64,000 nt of DNA from Anaeromyxobacter sp. Its GTDB lineage: Bacteria; Myxococcota; Myxococcia; Myxococcales; Anaeromyxobacteraceae. Each line of letters begins with the position of its first letter. The first letter of the stretch is position 1. Below the pieces are notes generated by a model. The model saw only the letters and a program-made list of their open reading frames with translations, was not told the origin of the DNA and did no database searches. The DNA lies in NCBI GenBank assembly GCA_049840735.1, contig JASGJN010000020.1:288001-352000 (forward strand). The letters run 5' to 3'. The position numbers and the translations under genes are program-made. Below are positions 1 through 10,396 of this stretch, piece by piece.

Positions 1-1237
1 GACGGGCACACGCTGCAGATGCTGGTCGACAACCTCGACTACGACGACTACGTCGGCCGCCTGGCCATCGGGCGCATCACCTCCGGCGTGCTGCACGAGG
101 GCGAGCAGAATCGCCGTCATCCGCGAGGAGAACAAGGTGGTCCCGGCCAAGGTGGTCCGGCTCTACGCCTACGACGGCCTGAAGCGCGTCGAGGTGAAGG
201 ACGCCGGCCCGGGCGAGATCGTCTGCATCGCCGGCGCCGAGGAGATCGGCATCGGCGACACCATCGCCGACCCCGAGCACCCGGAGGCGCTCCCCCGCAT
301 CAGCGTGGAGGAGCCCACCATGTCGATGGTGTTCAAGGTCAACGACGGGCCCTTCGCCGGCAAGGAGGGCAAGTACGTCACCAGCCGCAACATCCGCGAG
401 CGGCTCTACCGCGAGGCGTACAAGAACGTCTCCATCCGCGTCGAGGACACCGAGACGCCCGACGCCTTCAAGGTGGTGGGCCGCGGCGAGCTGCAGCTGG
501 CGGTGATCGTCGAGAACATGCGCCGCGAGGGGTATGAGCTGACGGTCTCCAACCCCGAGCCCATCCTCAAGACGGTGGGCGGCGAGGTCCACGAGCCGAT
601 GGAGCTGCTGGTGTGCGACCTGCCCGCGGACGGCGTGGGCGGCGTCACCCAGACCATGGGCTCGCGCAAGGGGCGCATGGTGGACATGCAGCCGCTCGGC
701 TCCACCCGCACCCGCTTGCAGTTCCGGGTCCCCGCCCGCGGCCTGATCGGCTTCCGCGGCGAGTTCCTGACCCTGACCCGCGGCGAGGGCATCATGTCCT
801 CGCAGTTCGACGGCTACGAGCCGTGGCAGGGGCGCATCGAGAAGCGCAAGTCGGGCGCCATCGTGGCCGACCGCGTGGGCGACGTGATCGCCTACGCCTG
901 CTTCTACGCGCAGGAGCGCGGCGCGCTCTTCGTGAAGCCGGGCGACAAGGTCTACGCCGGGATGATCGTGGGCGAGCACAGCCACGAGAACGACCTGGAC
1001 TTCAACATCTCCAAGGAGAAGAAGCTCACCAACATCCGCGCCGCCGGCCGCGACGAGAACGTCATCCTGACGCCGCCGCGCGAGATGAGCCTGGAGCGCG
1101 CCCTGGAGTGGATCGCCGAGGACGAGCTGGTGGAGGTCACGCCGCAGTCCATCCGCCTCCGCAAGAAGTTCCTGGACCAGACGCTCCGCTACAAGATGGA
1201 GCGCGACCGGAAGAAGGGGGACGTGGTCGAGGCCTGA
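1..1237 (+). CDS. typA: Translational GTPase TypA/BipA (5' partial; apparent +1 frameshift at ~109)
   Basis: [45 protein letters not shown] and [14 protein letters not shown] motifs. Removing one A from GAATC at 108-112 joins the two frames. Confidence 0.95.
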   Translation, partial: TGTRCRCWSTTSTTTTTSAAWPSGASPPACCTRASRIAVIREENKVVPAKVVRLYAYDGLKRVEVKDAGPGEIVCIAGAEEIGIGDTIADPEHPEALPRISVEEPTMSMVFKVNDGPFAGKEGKYVTSRNIRERLYREAYKNVSIRVEDTETPDAFKVVGRGELQLAVIVENMRREGYELTVSNPEPILKTVGGEVHEPMELLVCDLPADGVGGVTQTMGSRKGRMVDMQPLGSTRTRLQFRVPARGLIGFRGEFLTLTRGEGIMSSQFDGYEPWQGRIEKRKSGAIVADRVGDVIAYACFYAQERGALFVKPGDKVYAGMIVGEHSHENDLDFNISKEKKLTNIRAAGRDENVILTPPREMSLERALEWIAEDELVEVTPQSIRLRKKFLDQTLRYKMERDRKKGDVVEA

Positions 1238-1260
1238 CCTCGGCGCTCCCTCCGCAGCAC

Positions 1261-1293
1261 CGCGCGGCCGCCCTCCGGGGCGGCCGTGGCGCT
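1261..1293 (+). terminator. Probable intrinsic terminator after typA
   Basis: GC-rich hairpin (cggccgccc-tccg-gggcggccg) just downstream of the stop; weak U-tract. Confidence 0.5.
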
Positions 1294-1511
1294 TCGGGGG
1301 CCCACTTGATTCGGGCGGAAATGGTCACGGGCCTCTCTTCGCCCTGGACCGGGTGCGCGCACGCTGCACCACCGCCACGGCCCCTTGCCTCCCTCGTCCC
1401 CAGCCCCCACCTCCGTTCGACGCCTCCGGTCCGCGTCCGGCGCGGGGGCAGGGCCTCCCCCGCGCCCTGCAACGCCGGCAGGGGCGAGGCGGGCCCGCGG
1501 TATAAGCTGGC

Positions 1512-2438
1512 GTGGCCCACACCCCGGCACCCGCGCCGCCTGACGCCCGCCCCCGCGCCGTCGCTGCCGTCCTCGGCGCCGCCGCGCTCTTTGGGACGAC
1601 CGGCACGGCCCAGGCGCTCGGCCCGAACTCGGCGACCGCGCTGGGCATCGGCTCGGTCCGACTGCTGGTCGGCGCGATCGGCCTCGCAGCGCTGGCCACC
1701 CTGCAGCGCCCCGCGGCTCCTCGCGCCTGGGCGCGCCACCTCCCCGCCCTGCTGGTCGGTGGCCTCGCCGTCGCCACCTATCAGCTGGCCTGGTTCGCCG
1801 GGCTGCGCCGCGCCGGCGTCGCGCTGGGCACCATCGTGGGCATCGGCAGCGGCCCGGTCTTCGCCGGGCTCATCCACCTGGCGCTGGAGCGCCGCCACCT
1901 CTCCCGCGCCTGGCTGGGCGGGACCCTGCTCACGGTCGCCGGCGCCGCGCTGCTGGCCCTCCGCGGCGCCGACGGCGGGCGCGCCGACCCGGTCGGCCTG
2001 GCCGCGATGCTGGGAGCCGGGCTGAGCTACGCCGTCTACGCCCAGGCGGCCAAGCACGCCATGGACCGCGGCCTGGACGCCACCGGCGCCATGGCCGGCG
2101 TCTTCGTCGCCGGCGCGGTGCTGCTCTCGCCCCTGCTCGCCATCGAGCCGCTGGGCTGGCTCGCCTCCGCGCCTGGCCTCGCGCTGGCCCTGCACCTCGG
2201 GCTCATGACCGTCTGCCTCGCCTACTGGCTCTACGGCCTCGGGCTGCGCGCGCTGCCGGTGCCCACGGTGGTGACGCTCACCCTGGCGGAGCCGCTGACC
2301 GCGGCGCTCCTGGGCGTGCTGCTGCTGGGCGAGCGGCTGGGGCCGGCCGGCTGGCTGGGCGGCGCGGCGGTGGCGGCTGGGCTCGCGGCCGCCGGGCGCG
2401 GCGAGGAGCCCGGAGAGCCGCCGCCGGCGGGGGCGTAG
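1512..2438 (+). CDS. EamA/DMT family transporter
   Basis: About 10 hydrophobic helices in two repeats; LFGTTGTAQAL and LTLAEPLTAALLG motifs. Confidence 0.9.
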   Translation: MAHTPAPAPPDARPRAVAAVLGAAALFGTTGTAQALGPNSATALGIGSVRLLVGAIGLAALATLQRPAAPRAWARHLPALLVGGLAVATYQLAWFAGLRRAGVALGTIVGIGSGPVFAGLIHLALERRHLSRAWLGGTLLTVAGAALLALRGADGGRADPVGLAAMLGAGLSYAVYAQAAKHAMDRGLDATGAMAGVFVAGAVLLSPLLAIEPLGWLASAPGLALALHLGLMTVCLAYWLYGLGLRALPVPTVVTLTLAEPLTAALLGVLLLGERLGPAGWLGGAAVAAGLAAAGRGEEPGEPPPAGA

Positions 2439-2455
2439 CGGGCACCCGAAACGCA

Positions 2456-2485
2456 GACGCGCCGCCCGTCTCCGGGCGGCGCGTC
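2456..2485. terminator. Bidirectional hairpin terminator between eamA and rplC
   Basis: Perfect 13-bp stem gacgcgccgcccg-tctc-cgggcggcgcgtc between convergent genes. Confidence 0.75.
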
Positions 2486-2513
2486 GCGCTTCGCGGCTGG
2501 TCCGACGGTCCGG

Positions 2514-3224
2514 CTAGACCTTCGGCTTGGCGCGCTCGCGGACTTCCTGCTTCTGCTTGGCCCGCGGCTGGCCCTTGGCGGCCGTGTTCACGAAGAGCAG
2601 GCCGTCGGCGTGGCCGGGGACGGCGCCGCTCACCAGGATCACGTTGGTCTCGGGCTCGATGCCGACCACCGTGAGGTTCTGGATGGTGACGTTGTCCGTG
2701 CCGTAGTGGCCGGGCATGTGCTTGCCCTTCCACACCTTGCCCGGCGTCTTGCGCTGTCCGATGGCGCCGATGTGACGGTGGTGCTCGTGGGCGGTGGACG
2801 AGTCGCGCGCGGCGCCCTTCATCCCCCACTTCTTGAAGACGCCGGCGAAGCCGCGGCCCTTGGTGACGCCGGCCACGTCGATGCGCTGGTTGGCCTTGAA
2901 GACCTTGTCCACGGTGAGGACGTCACCCGCCTTCAGGTCGCCCAGGAGCTTGGCGTCCTTGACGCGGATCTCCTTCACGTGACGGAAGATGCCGGTGCCG
3001 GCCTTCTTGAAGACGCCGACCTCGGCCTTCGTGAGCCGGTGCGCGTGCTTTTCGTCGATCGCGCCGTAGCCGATCACGACGGCGTCGTAGCCGTCCTGCG
3101 CCGCCGTCTTCCGGCGGATCACCGTGCAGGGGCCAGCCTCCAGCACCGTGACGGCGACGGCGTCGCCCTCCGGCGTGAAGATCTGGGTCATACCAACCTT
3201 CTTCGCGAGCAATCCGGTCGCCAT
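2514..3224 (-). CDS. rplC: 50S ribosomal protein L3
   Basis: GLLAKKVGMTQIF, DVAGVTKGRGFAG and PGKVWKGKHMPGHYG motifs; GAGGTG SD before ATG 3224. Confidence 0.97.
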   Translation of the reverse strand: MATGLLAKKVGMTQIFTPEGDAVAVTVLEAGPCTVIRRKTAAQDGYDAVVIGYGAIDEKHAHRLTKAEVGVFKKAGTGIFRHVKEIRVKDAKLLGDLKAGDVLTVDKVFKANQRIDVAGVTKGRGFAGVFKKWGMKGAARDSSTAHEHHRHIGAIGQRKTPGKVWKGKHMPGHYGTDNVTIQNLTVVGIEPETNVILVSGAVPGHADGLLFVNTAAKGQPRAKQKQEVRERAKPKV

Positions 3225-3291
3225 GTTCACCTCGCAGCGGTCCGCCGCGCGACGTGAAGGCCGCGGAGGACGTGCCGTTGGAAAGGGGGGC

Positions 3292-3320
3292 GTTCTACCC
3301 AGCCGGGAGCCGGGTGTCAA
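3292..3320 (-). promoter_or_regulatory. sigma70-type promoter of rplC
   Basis: TTGACA-N17-TAGAAC on the minus strand. Confidence 0.65.
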
Positions 3321-3346
3321 GGGAAGTCCCGGACGCCACGGGGGAT

Positions 3347-3727
3347 TCAGCCCGGGAGCTGCTCCCCGGTCATGTGGGAGACCTGCGCCAGCAGGTCGTC
3401 GATGTCGAAGGGCTTGGCCAGGTAGCCGGCCGCGCCTACCGCCGCGGCGCGCTGGGGGTTCCCGTCGGCCGAGATGACGACGATGGGCACATGTTGCCGC
3501 AGGGGGCGCTCGCGGAGCGCCTGGGAAAAGGCCAGCCCGTCCATCACCGGCATCATCAGGTCCAGCAGGATGACCGCCGGCTCCTCCTCCGAGACCCGGT
3601 CCAGCGCCTCGATGCCGTTCCGGGCCCGGGCGACGCGATACCCCTCGCCGTCCAGGATGTCGCAGATGGCCTCGAGGATGTCCGGGTCGTCATCGACGAC
3701 CAGCACCAGGGGCGGACGGGCGCTCAT
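3347..3727 (-). CDS. Single-domain response regulator (receiver)
   Basis: VLVVDDD, LLDLMMPVMDG, YLAKPFD. Confidence 0.92.
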   Translation of the reverse strand: MSARPPLVLVVDDDPDILEAICDILDGEGYRVARARNGIEALDRVSEEEPAVILLDLMMPVMDGLAFSQALRERPLRQHVPIVVISADGNPQRAAAVGAAGYLAKPFDIDDLLAQVSHMTGEQLPG

Positions 3728-4467
3728 GGCGGGGCGACGGGAACCAGCGGCGGCTGGTCAGCCTCGGCGGACGGCACCGCCAGGACCAGCACCGCCCCGT
3801 CCAGCGCGAGCGTCCCTCCCAGCGCCTGCGCGGCGCGGCGCGCCAGCGGCAGGGAGAGCGACCGCCCCTTGGGATCGCCGGGGGAGCCCTTGCGCGGATC
3901 CTCCAGCGCGTCGGGCCCCGGCGGGTACCCCTCGAAGCGGAGCTCCGCCCGCCCGTCCCGCGTCCGCCCCATCACGCGGCCGGCGGTCCCCTCACGCCCG
4001 ATCACCGACACCAGCGCCTCCAGCGCCCGGTCCAGCAGCACGCGATCCGCCTGGACCAGCAGCCCGTCCTGCAGCTCGACCTCGACCGGCGGAGCGTCCG
4101 CCGGGCGGCGCGCGATCACCTCGTCCAGCACCTCGCGCAGCGTCATCGACTCCGGGCGCACCGGGATTCCCTGCGCATCCAGCCGTTCGCAGAGGAAGTG
4201 ATCCTCGATCAGCTGCCTGACCCGACCGAGGGAGCGCAGGCACATGGCGGTGAGCTTCTCGCCCCGGGCCCCGCCCCGCTCGGCGGCGGCCATCCGGGCC
4301 AGCAGCTCGGCCGACCAGAGCGCCGTGGAGAGCGGGTTCCGGACCTCGTGCGCGACGTAGCCCAGGTAGCCACCCCGCGGGTCCTGGGGCCGCGGATTGG
4401 GTGGACGCGACTCCTGCGGGCGCGCCGGCACCTGGCCCTGCTCTTCATCCGAGTGTTTTCCCGCCAT
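3724..4467 (-). CDS. Sensorless HisKA protein with degenerate HATPase (possible phosphotransferase)
   Basis: H-box AHEVRNPL intact; N, G1 and G2 boxes degenerate (ALEAL; no DxGxG; GRSLSLPLA); ATGA overlap with the receiver gene. Confidence 0.75.
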   Translation of the reverse strand: MAGKHSDEEQGQVPARPQESRPPNPRPQDPRGGYLGYVAHEVRNPLSTALWSAELLARMAAAERGGARGEKLTAMCLRSLGRVRQLIEDHFLCERLDAQGIPVRPESMTLREVLDEVIARRPADAPPVEVELQDGLLVQADRVLLDRALEALVSVIGREGTAGRVMGRTRDGRAELRFEGYPPGPDALEDPRKGSPGDPKGRSLSLPLARRAAQALGGTLALDGAVLVLAVPSAEADQPPLVPVAPP

Positions 4468-4722
4468 GCGCCGGTACCCGATGCGGTGAAGAACAGGGGT
4501 GTCGCAGACAGATTGGGGAGACGAGCAACCATCCGCAAGTGGGTCGGGCGGACGCCCCGCCAGGGCTCCTGAAAAACATACAGCCAAAAAGGCCCGTGTT
4601 AGGGCCTTCCGGGCTCGTTCCTGTAATGCTTATAGCCCGCTGCGTCGTCCGCCACCGGATCTCGCTGCCCTCCAGACGTCCAAGCACCCGTATTCATTGA
4701 AACCAGGCGGGCAAGCCCCTCT

Positions 4723-4738
4723 CGGCATGTCGGTTGCT
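4723..4738 (+). promoter_or_regulatory. sigma54 -24/-12 promoter upstream of the RpoH-family sigma gene
   Basis: CGGCATGTCGGTTGCT, GG-N10-GC spacing, about 50 nt before the ATG. Confidence 0.7.
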
Positions 4739-4790
4739 ATCCCTTCTCGTGTCGGGCTATCGCACCTCCGACGCCGCAGGAGGCACCAAC

Positions 4791-5717
4791 ATGATGAAGC
4801 GCCAGAGCACCCCGAGCACGTCCGGCTCCCTTGAGCTGTATCTCTCGGAGATCAACCGCTACCCGCTCCTCACCGTCGACGAGGAACAGCGGCTGGCGCG
4901 GCAGTACCGGGCCGACGGCGACACGCGGGCGGCGCACCGCCTCATCACCGCCAACCTCCGCTTCGTCGTGAAGGTCGCCTACGAGTACCGGTCGTACGGC
5001 TTCCGCATCGCCGACCTCATCCAGGAGGGCAACATCGGCCTGATGAAGTCGGTGCAGAAGTTCGATCCCGACAAGGGCATCCGGCTCATCTCGTACGCGG
5101 TCTGGTGGATCCGCGCGTACATCCAGAACTACATCCTCCGCTCCTGGTCGCTGGTGAAGCTCGGCACCACCCAGGCGCAGCGGAAGCTCTTCTTCTCGCT
5201 GGCCCGCACCAAGCGCGAGCTGGACAAGCTCTCGGTCGAGCACGGCGCCGACTCCGACGGCCAGGACGCCTCCAAGGTCGCCCGCAAGCTGCACGTGAAG
5301 CCCGCCGAGGTCCGCGAGATGGAGCAGCGGATGGAAGGGCGCGACATGTCGCTGGACGCGCCCATGGGCGACGACGGCGGCTACTCGCACATGGACTTCG
5401 TGGCCTCCGGCAGCGCGCAGCAGGACGACGAGCTGTCCGGCGCGCAGGAGCAGTCGCTCATGTCGGACAAGGTCCTGGTGGCCCTGGCCCGGCTCGACGC
5501 CCGCGAGCGCTACATCATCGAGCAGCGCGTGATGAGCGACCACCCGCTCACGCTCAAGGAGCTGGGCGAGCACTTCGGCTTCTCGCGCGAGCGCGCCCGC
5601 CAGCTGGAGATCCGCGCCAAGGACAAGCTCAAGCAGGAGCTGGTGGCGCTGGCCGTCGAGGTGGACTGGCCGACCGACGGCACGCCGGTCGACATCGACG
5701 ACCGGGCGCTGGCGTAG
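4791..5717 (+). CDS. RNA polymerase sigma factor, RpoH/sigma32 family
   Basis: [21 protein letters not shown], RpoH box QRKLFFSL, region 4 [17 protein letters not shown]. Confidence 0.93.
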   Translation: MMKRQSTPSTSGSLELYLSEINRYPLLTVDEEQRLARQYRADGDTRAAHRLITANLRFVVKVAYEYRSYGFRIADLIQEGNIGLMKSVQKFDPDKGIRLISYAVWWIRAYIQNYILRSWSLVKLGTTQAQRKLFFSLARTKRELDKLSVEHGADSDGQDASKVARKLHVKPAEVREMEQRMEGRDMSLDAPMGDDGGYSHMDFVASGSAQQDDELSGAQEQSLMSDKVLVALARLDARERYIIEQRVMSDHPLTLKELGEHFGFSRERARQLEIRAKDKLKQELVALAVEVDWPTDGTPVDIDDRALA

Positions 5718-5732
5718 GCGCGCCTCGTCCCC

Positions 5733-5783
5733 GTCCTCCGACTCCGCCCGGCCTGCGGCGAGGCCACGCTCGAGGACGAGCGG
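5733..5783. repeat. Degenerate copy of the nested-hairpin REP-like element
   Basis: TCCTCCGACTCCG...CCACGCTCGAGGACGAGCGG resembles the consensus TCCTTCGACTCCG...CTACGCTCAGGACGAACGG. Confidence 0.55.
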
Positions 5784-5844
5784 AGCCGTCTGGCGGCAGC
5801 AGCGCAGGGCCGGCCCGGGTGCCCCTCACCCGGGCCGCGCCGCT

Positions 5845-7194
5845 TCAGCCCAGCCCGTGCTTCTTGAGCCGGTACCGCAGCGTGTCGCGCGAGATGCCCA
5901 GCAGCCGGGCCGCCTGCGACTGGTTCCCGCGCGCCCGCTCCAGCGCCTCGACGATCAGCTTCCGCTCCACCTCGTCCAGCACCAGCCCGTCGGACGGGAC
6001 CTCCGGCACCAGCGGCTCGGGGCGCCGCCCGGCGCGCAGCTCCGGGGCCAGGTGCTCGGGGCGGATCTCGTCGGCGCCGGCGTAGAGGATGAACGCCCGC
6101 TCGATGACGTTGCGCAGCTCGCGGACGTTGCCGGGCCAGCGGTGGGCCCGGAGCAGCTCCAGCGCCTCCGGGTGGATGCCGCGCACCTGCCGCCCCAGCG
6201 CGCGGTTGAACGCGGCGATGAAGTGGGCGGCCAGCGCCGGCACGTCGTCGAGGTGCTCGCGCAGCGGCGGCACGGTGAGGCGCACCACCGCCAGCCGGAA
6301 GTAGAGATCGCGCCGGAAGCGCCCTTCCCTGACCCGCTCCTCGAGATCGGCGTGCGTGGCCGCGATCACCCGCACGTCGGCCGCGTGGGCCACCGCGCCG
6401 CCGGCGTGCCGGTAGGTGTGCGCCTCGATCAGCTGGAGCAGCCGGGCCTGCGCCGTGAGCGGCAGCTCGGAGACCTCGTCCAGCAGGATGGTGCCGCCGC
6501 CGGCCGTCTCCACCACCCCGCGCGAGGGCGTGGCGCCCGCCACCAGCGGCCGCTCCTGCCCGAACAGCTCCGCCTCGACCAGCGCCGGCGTGAGCGCGGC
6601 GCAGTTCACCACCGCGAAGGGGCGGGCCGCGCGCGGGCTGCGGGCGTGCAGGGCGCGGGCGAGCCGCTCCTTGCCGGCGCCGCTCTCACCCTCCACCAGC
6701 ACCGCCGTCTCCTCGCTCCCCGCCAGGCGCGCCACCGCCGCGCGCAGCGCCTCCATCGCCGCCGAGCCGCCCACCACCGGCGCCTCGTCAGCGCCCGGCG
6801 GCGCCGCCGCCACCTGCCGCCGCGTGCGGGCCGTGGTGAGCGCGCGCGAGACCGCCTCGTCCAGCGCCTGCAGCGCGAACGGCTTCACCAGGAAGTCCAC
6901 CGCGCCGTGCTTCATGGCCTCCACCGCGATGTCCACGGTGGAGTGGGCGGAGATCATCAGCACCGCCAGCTCCGGCTGGAGCGCCAGGGCGCGCCGCAGC
7001 GTCTCCACGCCGTCGATCCCCGGCAGCTTCACGTCCAGCACCATCACCTCGGGCGGCGACGCCGCGATGGCCTCCAGCGCCCCCTCGCCCGACTCGGCGG
7101 TGACCACCTCGTGGCCGGACCGCTGCAGGCGCTCGGTGATGGACCAGCGGATCAGCTTCTCGTCGTCTACGACCAGGACGCGGGCGGCGCTCAC
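5845..7194 (-). CDS. NtrC-family response regulator (REC-AAA+-Fis HTH) lacking GAFTGA
   Basis: [49 protein letters not shown] position reads ERPLVAGA; GTG start overlaps the kinase stop. Confidence 0.92.
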   Translation of the reverse strand: MSAARVLVVDDEKLIRWSITERLQRSGHEVVTAESGEGALEAIAASPPEVMVLDVKLPGIDGVETLRRALALQPELAVLMISAHSTVDIAVEAMKHGAVDFLVKPFALQALDEAVSRALTTARTRRQVAAAPPGADEAPVVGGSAAMEALRAAVARLAGSEETAVLVEGESGAGKERLARALHARSPRAARPFAVVNCAALTPALVEAELFGQERPLVAGATPSRGVVETAGGGTILLDEVSELPLTAQARLLQLIEAHTYRHAGGAVAHAADVRVIAATHADLEERVREGRFRRDLYFRLAVVRLTVPPLREHLDDVPALAAHFIAAFNRALGRQVRGIHPEALELLRAHRWPGNVRELRNVIERAFILYAGADEIRPEHLAPELRAGRRPEPLVPEVPSDGLVLDEVERKLIVEALERARGNQSQAARLLGISRDTLRYRLKKHGLG

Positions 7195-8690
7195 GGGGCG
7201 GGCTCCGGGCGGGAGGGCGGACGGGCCTGGGGGAGGCTCACGGTGAAGACCGTACCTCCCTCCGGCGGGCAGCGGTAACCGATGTGCCCGCCGTGCTCGG
7301 CCACGATGCGCGCCGAGATGGCGAGCCCCAGGCCGGTCCCCTGCCGCTTGGTGGTGAAGAACGGGGAGAAGACCTGCTTGCGGACCTCGGCCGGGATGCC
7401 GGGGCCGGAGTCCTCCACCTCGACCATCAGCACCTCCCCGTCGGCGCGGGAGCGGACCGCCAGCGTGCCGCCGGCGCCGGCCATGGCCTGGCAGGCGTTG
7501 AGGCAGATGTTGAGGAAGACCTGCTCCAGCTGGCTCGCGTCGCCGCGCACCGGCGGCAGGTCCGGGCAGAGCTCGGTGCGGACCGCGATGCCGTCGTCCC
7601 GGTGCTGCTGGCGGATCAGGAACAGGGCCTTCTGCAGCGCGGCGTTGAGATCGGTGGGGCGCAGCTCGACGCGCGGCGGGCGCGCGAAGCCGAGCAGGCT
7701 CTCCATGGTCCCGGTGAGCCGCACCACCTGGTGGCGCATCTCGGCCACCACCTCGGCCTTGTGGGCGTCGGTGGCCAGGTCCTCCGCCATCAGCTCCAGC
7801 GCGCCGGAGAGGCCGGCCAGCGGGTTCTTGATCTCGTGGGCCAGGCCGGTGGCCAGCGCCCCCACCGCCGCGAAGCGGTCGGCCTGCACCATGCGCTCGC
7901 GGTAGAAGGCCTCCAGCTCCACCTGGCTGCGCCGCAGGGCGGCCAGGGTGGCGTCGAAGCCGCGCGCCGCGGTGCCCAGCTCGTCCGGGCGCCCCTCGTC
8001 GGCGCGCACGGTCCGGTCGCCGGCCTCGGCGCGCTGCATGGCGGCCACCAGCCGCTGCAGCGGGCTCACCACCTCGCGCCCCAGGAGCCAGAGCGCGATG
8101 GCCAGCAGGCAGATCAGCGCCAGGAAGGCGGAGAGCCCCAGCGTCCGCGCCAGCTGCCCCTGCGCCTCCACCACCGGGAGCCGCGAGAAGCGCAGCTCCA
8201 CCCAGCCGCCCACCGGCTGGCCGGCGTCGTGGCAGCGCGCGCAGGCCTGGCTGCGCGGCACCGGCGCCAGCACCGCGAACTCGCTGGTCACGCCGGGCGG
8301 GGAGAGCACGCGGGTGGCCTCGCCCCCCGGCAGATCGGGCCAGGGCACCGCGCCCAGGCGCGAGCGCTCGCTGGACACCGACACCCGGCCGGTGGGCGCG
8401 ATCAGGCTGGCCGAGATCAGGTCGGAGCGGTGGGCGGTGAGGGTGCCCAGGATGGCAGGCACGTCCGCGGGGCGGCCGGCCAGCATCACGTTGGAGACGC
8501 CGGTGGCGGTCATGCGGGCGTAGATCTCGGCCCGCTCCACCCGGGCGCGCTCCAGGTCCGCGCCGTACCAGCGGACCGCCGCCACCACCATCGCCACCAG
8601 GGTGGCTGCGAAGAGCAGCGCGGTGGGGATGAGGACCCGGGCCTGCAGGCTGGCCGAGAGGCGGGCCCAGCCGCGCGAGAGCGCGTTCAC
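7191..8690 (-). CDS. Membrane sensor histidine kinase with periplasmic c-type heme motif
   Basis: TM, CARCH, TM, HAMP, AHEIKNPL, NICLNA, DSGPG, GTGLGL. Confidence 0.92.
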   Translation of the reverse strand: MNALSRGWARLSASLQARVLIPTALLFAATLVAMVVAAVRWYGADLERARVERAEIYARMTATGVSNVMLAGRPADVPAILGTLTAHRSDLISASLIAPTGRVSVSSERSRLGAVPWPDLPGGEATRVLSPPGVTSEFAVLAPVPRSQACARCHDAGQPVGGWVELRFSRLPVVEAQGQLARTLGLSAFLALICLLAIALWLLGREVVSPLQRLVAAMQRAEAGDRTVRADEGRPDELGTAARGFDATLAALRRSQVELEAFYRERMVQADRFAAVGALATGLAHEIKNPLAGLSGALELMAEDLATDAHKAEVVAEMRHQVVRLTGTMESLLGFARPPRVELRPTDLNAALQKALFLIRQQHRDDGIAVRTELCPDLPPVRGDASQLEQVFLNICLNACQAMAGAGGTLAVRSRADGEVLMVEVEDSGPGIPAEVRKQVFSPFFTTKRQGTGLGLAISARIVAEHGGHIGYRCPPEGGTVFTVSLPQARPPSRPEPAP

Positions 8691-8739
8691 GGCGCACCTC
8701 CAGCCCCAGGGCACCGGCGCAGGTCCGGCCGTCCGCGGA

Positions 8740-10032
8740 TCAGGCCGCCTCCACCCGGTCCCCGGCCCGCCCGGCGCTCGCCTCGCCCGCGGCCTGGAGG
8801 TCGAAGATCTGGACCGCCGCGACCACCAGCGGATCGTCCGGCCCGCCGTCGCGGACCGCCTCGCGCAGCCGCGTGCTGGGCGCGTGCAGCAGCTTGGCGA
8901 CGATCGAGCCGGCCATGGCGTCCAGCTTGCGGGCCAGCTCCGGATCCTCGCCCAGCCGCTTCAAGGTGCGCTCCACCTCCTCGCGCGCGATGGCGCTGGC
9001 GCGGGTGCGCATCTCCCTGATGAGCGGCGCGGCCCGGCGCTCGGCCTCGGCGTCGGCGAACTTGCGGACCTCCTCGTCCACGATGCGGCCGGCCTGCTCG
9101 GCCGCCTCGGACCGCTGCGCCAGCGCGGCCTTCATGACGCGATCGAGGTCATCCACGTCGCAGAGGTAGACGTCCGGCAGCGCCCCGGTGGCGGCCGGCA
9201 CGGCCCGCGGGACGGCCAGGTCCACCAGCACGATGCGGCGGCGGCGCTGCCTCATGAGGCGCGCCATGGCCTCCGGGGCCAGCGCCTCCGGGGCGACCGG
9301 GGCGGCGGAGACCACCACGTCGGCCGTGGCCAGCTCCTGCTCCAGCGCGTCCAGCGGCCGGGCCACGCCGCCCACCTCGGCGGCCAACGTCTCGGCGTTG
9401 GCCAGCGTCCGGTTGAGCACCACCACCGTGGCCTTCTGGTCGGCCAGGTGCTGCGCGGTGAGCCGGGCCATCTCGCCGGCGCCGATCACCACCGCGCGCC
9501 GGCCGGCCACCGGTCCCAGCACCTTCTCGGCCAGCACCGTGGCCGCGTGTCCCCAGGACACGCCGGCCCGGCCCAGCGCGGTCTCGGTGCGGATCCGCTT
9601 GGCGGCGCCCAGCCCGCGCGAGAGGACCTGCGCCAGCTCCTTCCCGGCGGTGCCGGCGTCGGCGGCCCGCTGGAAGGCGTCCTTCACCTGCCCCAGGATC
9701 TGCGGCTCGCCCAGGATGGCCGACTCGAGGCTGCCGGCCACGCGGACCAGGTGCCGGAAGGCCTCCTCGCCCTGCAGCTCGAAGAGCGGCAGCTCGCGCC
9801 CGCCGGCGCGCGCCTGGAGCGCCGAGCGCAGCTCCAGCAGCGCCGCCGCGGGGCAGCGGGTGGCGGCGTAGATCTCGACGCGGTAGCAGGTGGAGAGCGC
9901 CACCACCTCGTCGATGCCGCCCAGCCCGGCGTAGCCGGCCAGCGCCACGTCCAGCTGGTCCGCGGTGAGGGCGACGACCTCGCGGTCCGCGACGGTGGCG
10001 CTCTTCTGGTTCAGGCCGATTGCGACGAGCAC
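8740..10032 (-). CDS. hemA: Glutamyl-tRNA reductase
   Basis: [10 protein letters not shown] (catalytic Cys), [28 protein letters not shown]. Confidence 0.93.
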   Translation of the reverse strand: MLVAIGLNQKSATVADREVVALTADQLDVALAGYAGLGGIDEVVALSTCYRVEIYAATRCPAAALLELRSALQARAGGRELPLFELQGEEAFRHLVRVAGSLESAILGEPQILGQVKDAFQRAADAGTAGKELAQVLSRGLGAAKRIRTETALGRAGVSWGHAATVLAEKVLGPVAGRRAVVIGAGEMARLTAQHLADQKATVVVLNRTLANAETLAAEVGGVARPLDALEQELATADVVVSAAPVAPEALAPEAMARLMRQRRRRIVLVDLAVPRAVPAATGALPDVYLCDVDDLDRVMKAALAQRSEAAEQAGRIVDEEVRKFADAEAERRAAPLIREMRTRASAIAREEVERTLKRLGEDPELARKLDAMAGSIVAKLLHAPSTRLREAVRDGGPDDPLVVAAVQIFDLQAAGEASAGRAGDRVEAA

Positions 10033-10062
10033 GGCTCCCCCAATCCTGTTCGCCGCACCCCG

Positions 10063-10078
10063 AGCAAGGCCCGTGCCT
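10063..10078 (-). promoter_or_regulatory. sigma54 promoter of hemA
   Basis: AGGCACGGGCCTTGCT on the minus strand, GG-N10-GC. Confidence 0.8.
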
Positions 10079-10119
10079 CGACGAGATTTCCTTGGCTTTT
10101 TGCGAATGGTTGCGGCGGG

Positions 10120-10140
10120 ATGACGCAACGCTTGCGTCAT
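10120..10140. promoter_or_regulatory. Perfect inverted repeat, candidate regulator/enhancer site
   Basis: ATGACGCAA-cgc-TTGCGTCAT in the divergent hemA intergenic region. Confidence 0.65.
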
Positions 10141-10396
10141 TTCACCCACCTCCCACCGGCGGGCGAAAGGGCTGCATCCCACCCTGCCGGCCGCGCGGGA
10201 ACCCCCCTGTCGGCGGATGTATGGACGGCTCGGGTGATCGCCCGAGCCCTCCCTCCTGCGATCGCCCCCGCCTGCCCCGGACTCTTTCCTCGCCGGCTCG
10301 GTCACCGTCCCAATGTCGCCCGAGGCCGCGATGCGGGAGATTGGGGCTCGAAGGAAGTCGGGCACGTGGCCCGGCGAAGGCCCAAAGGAGCACGTC

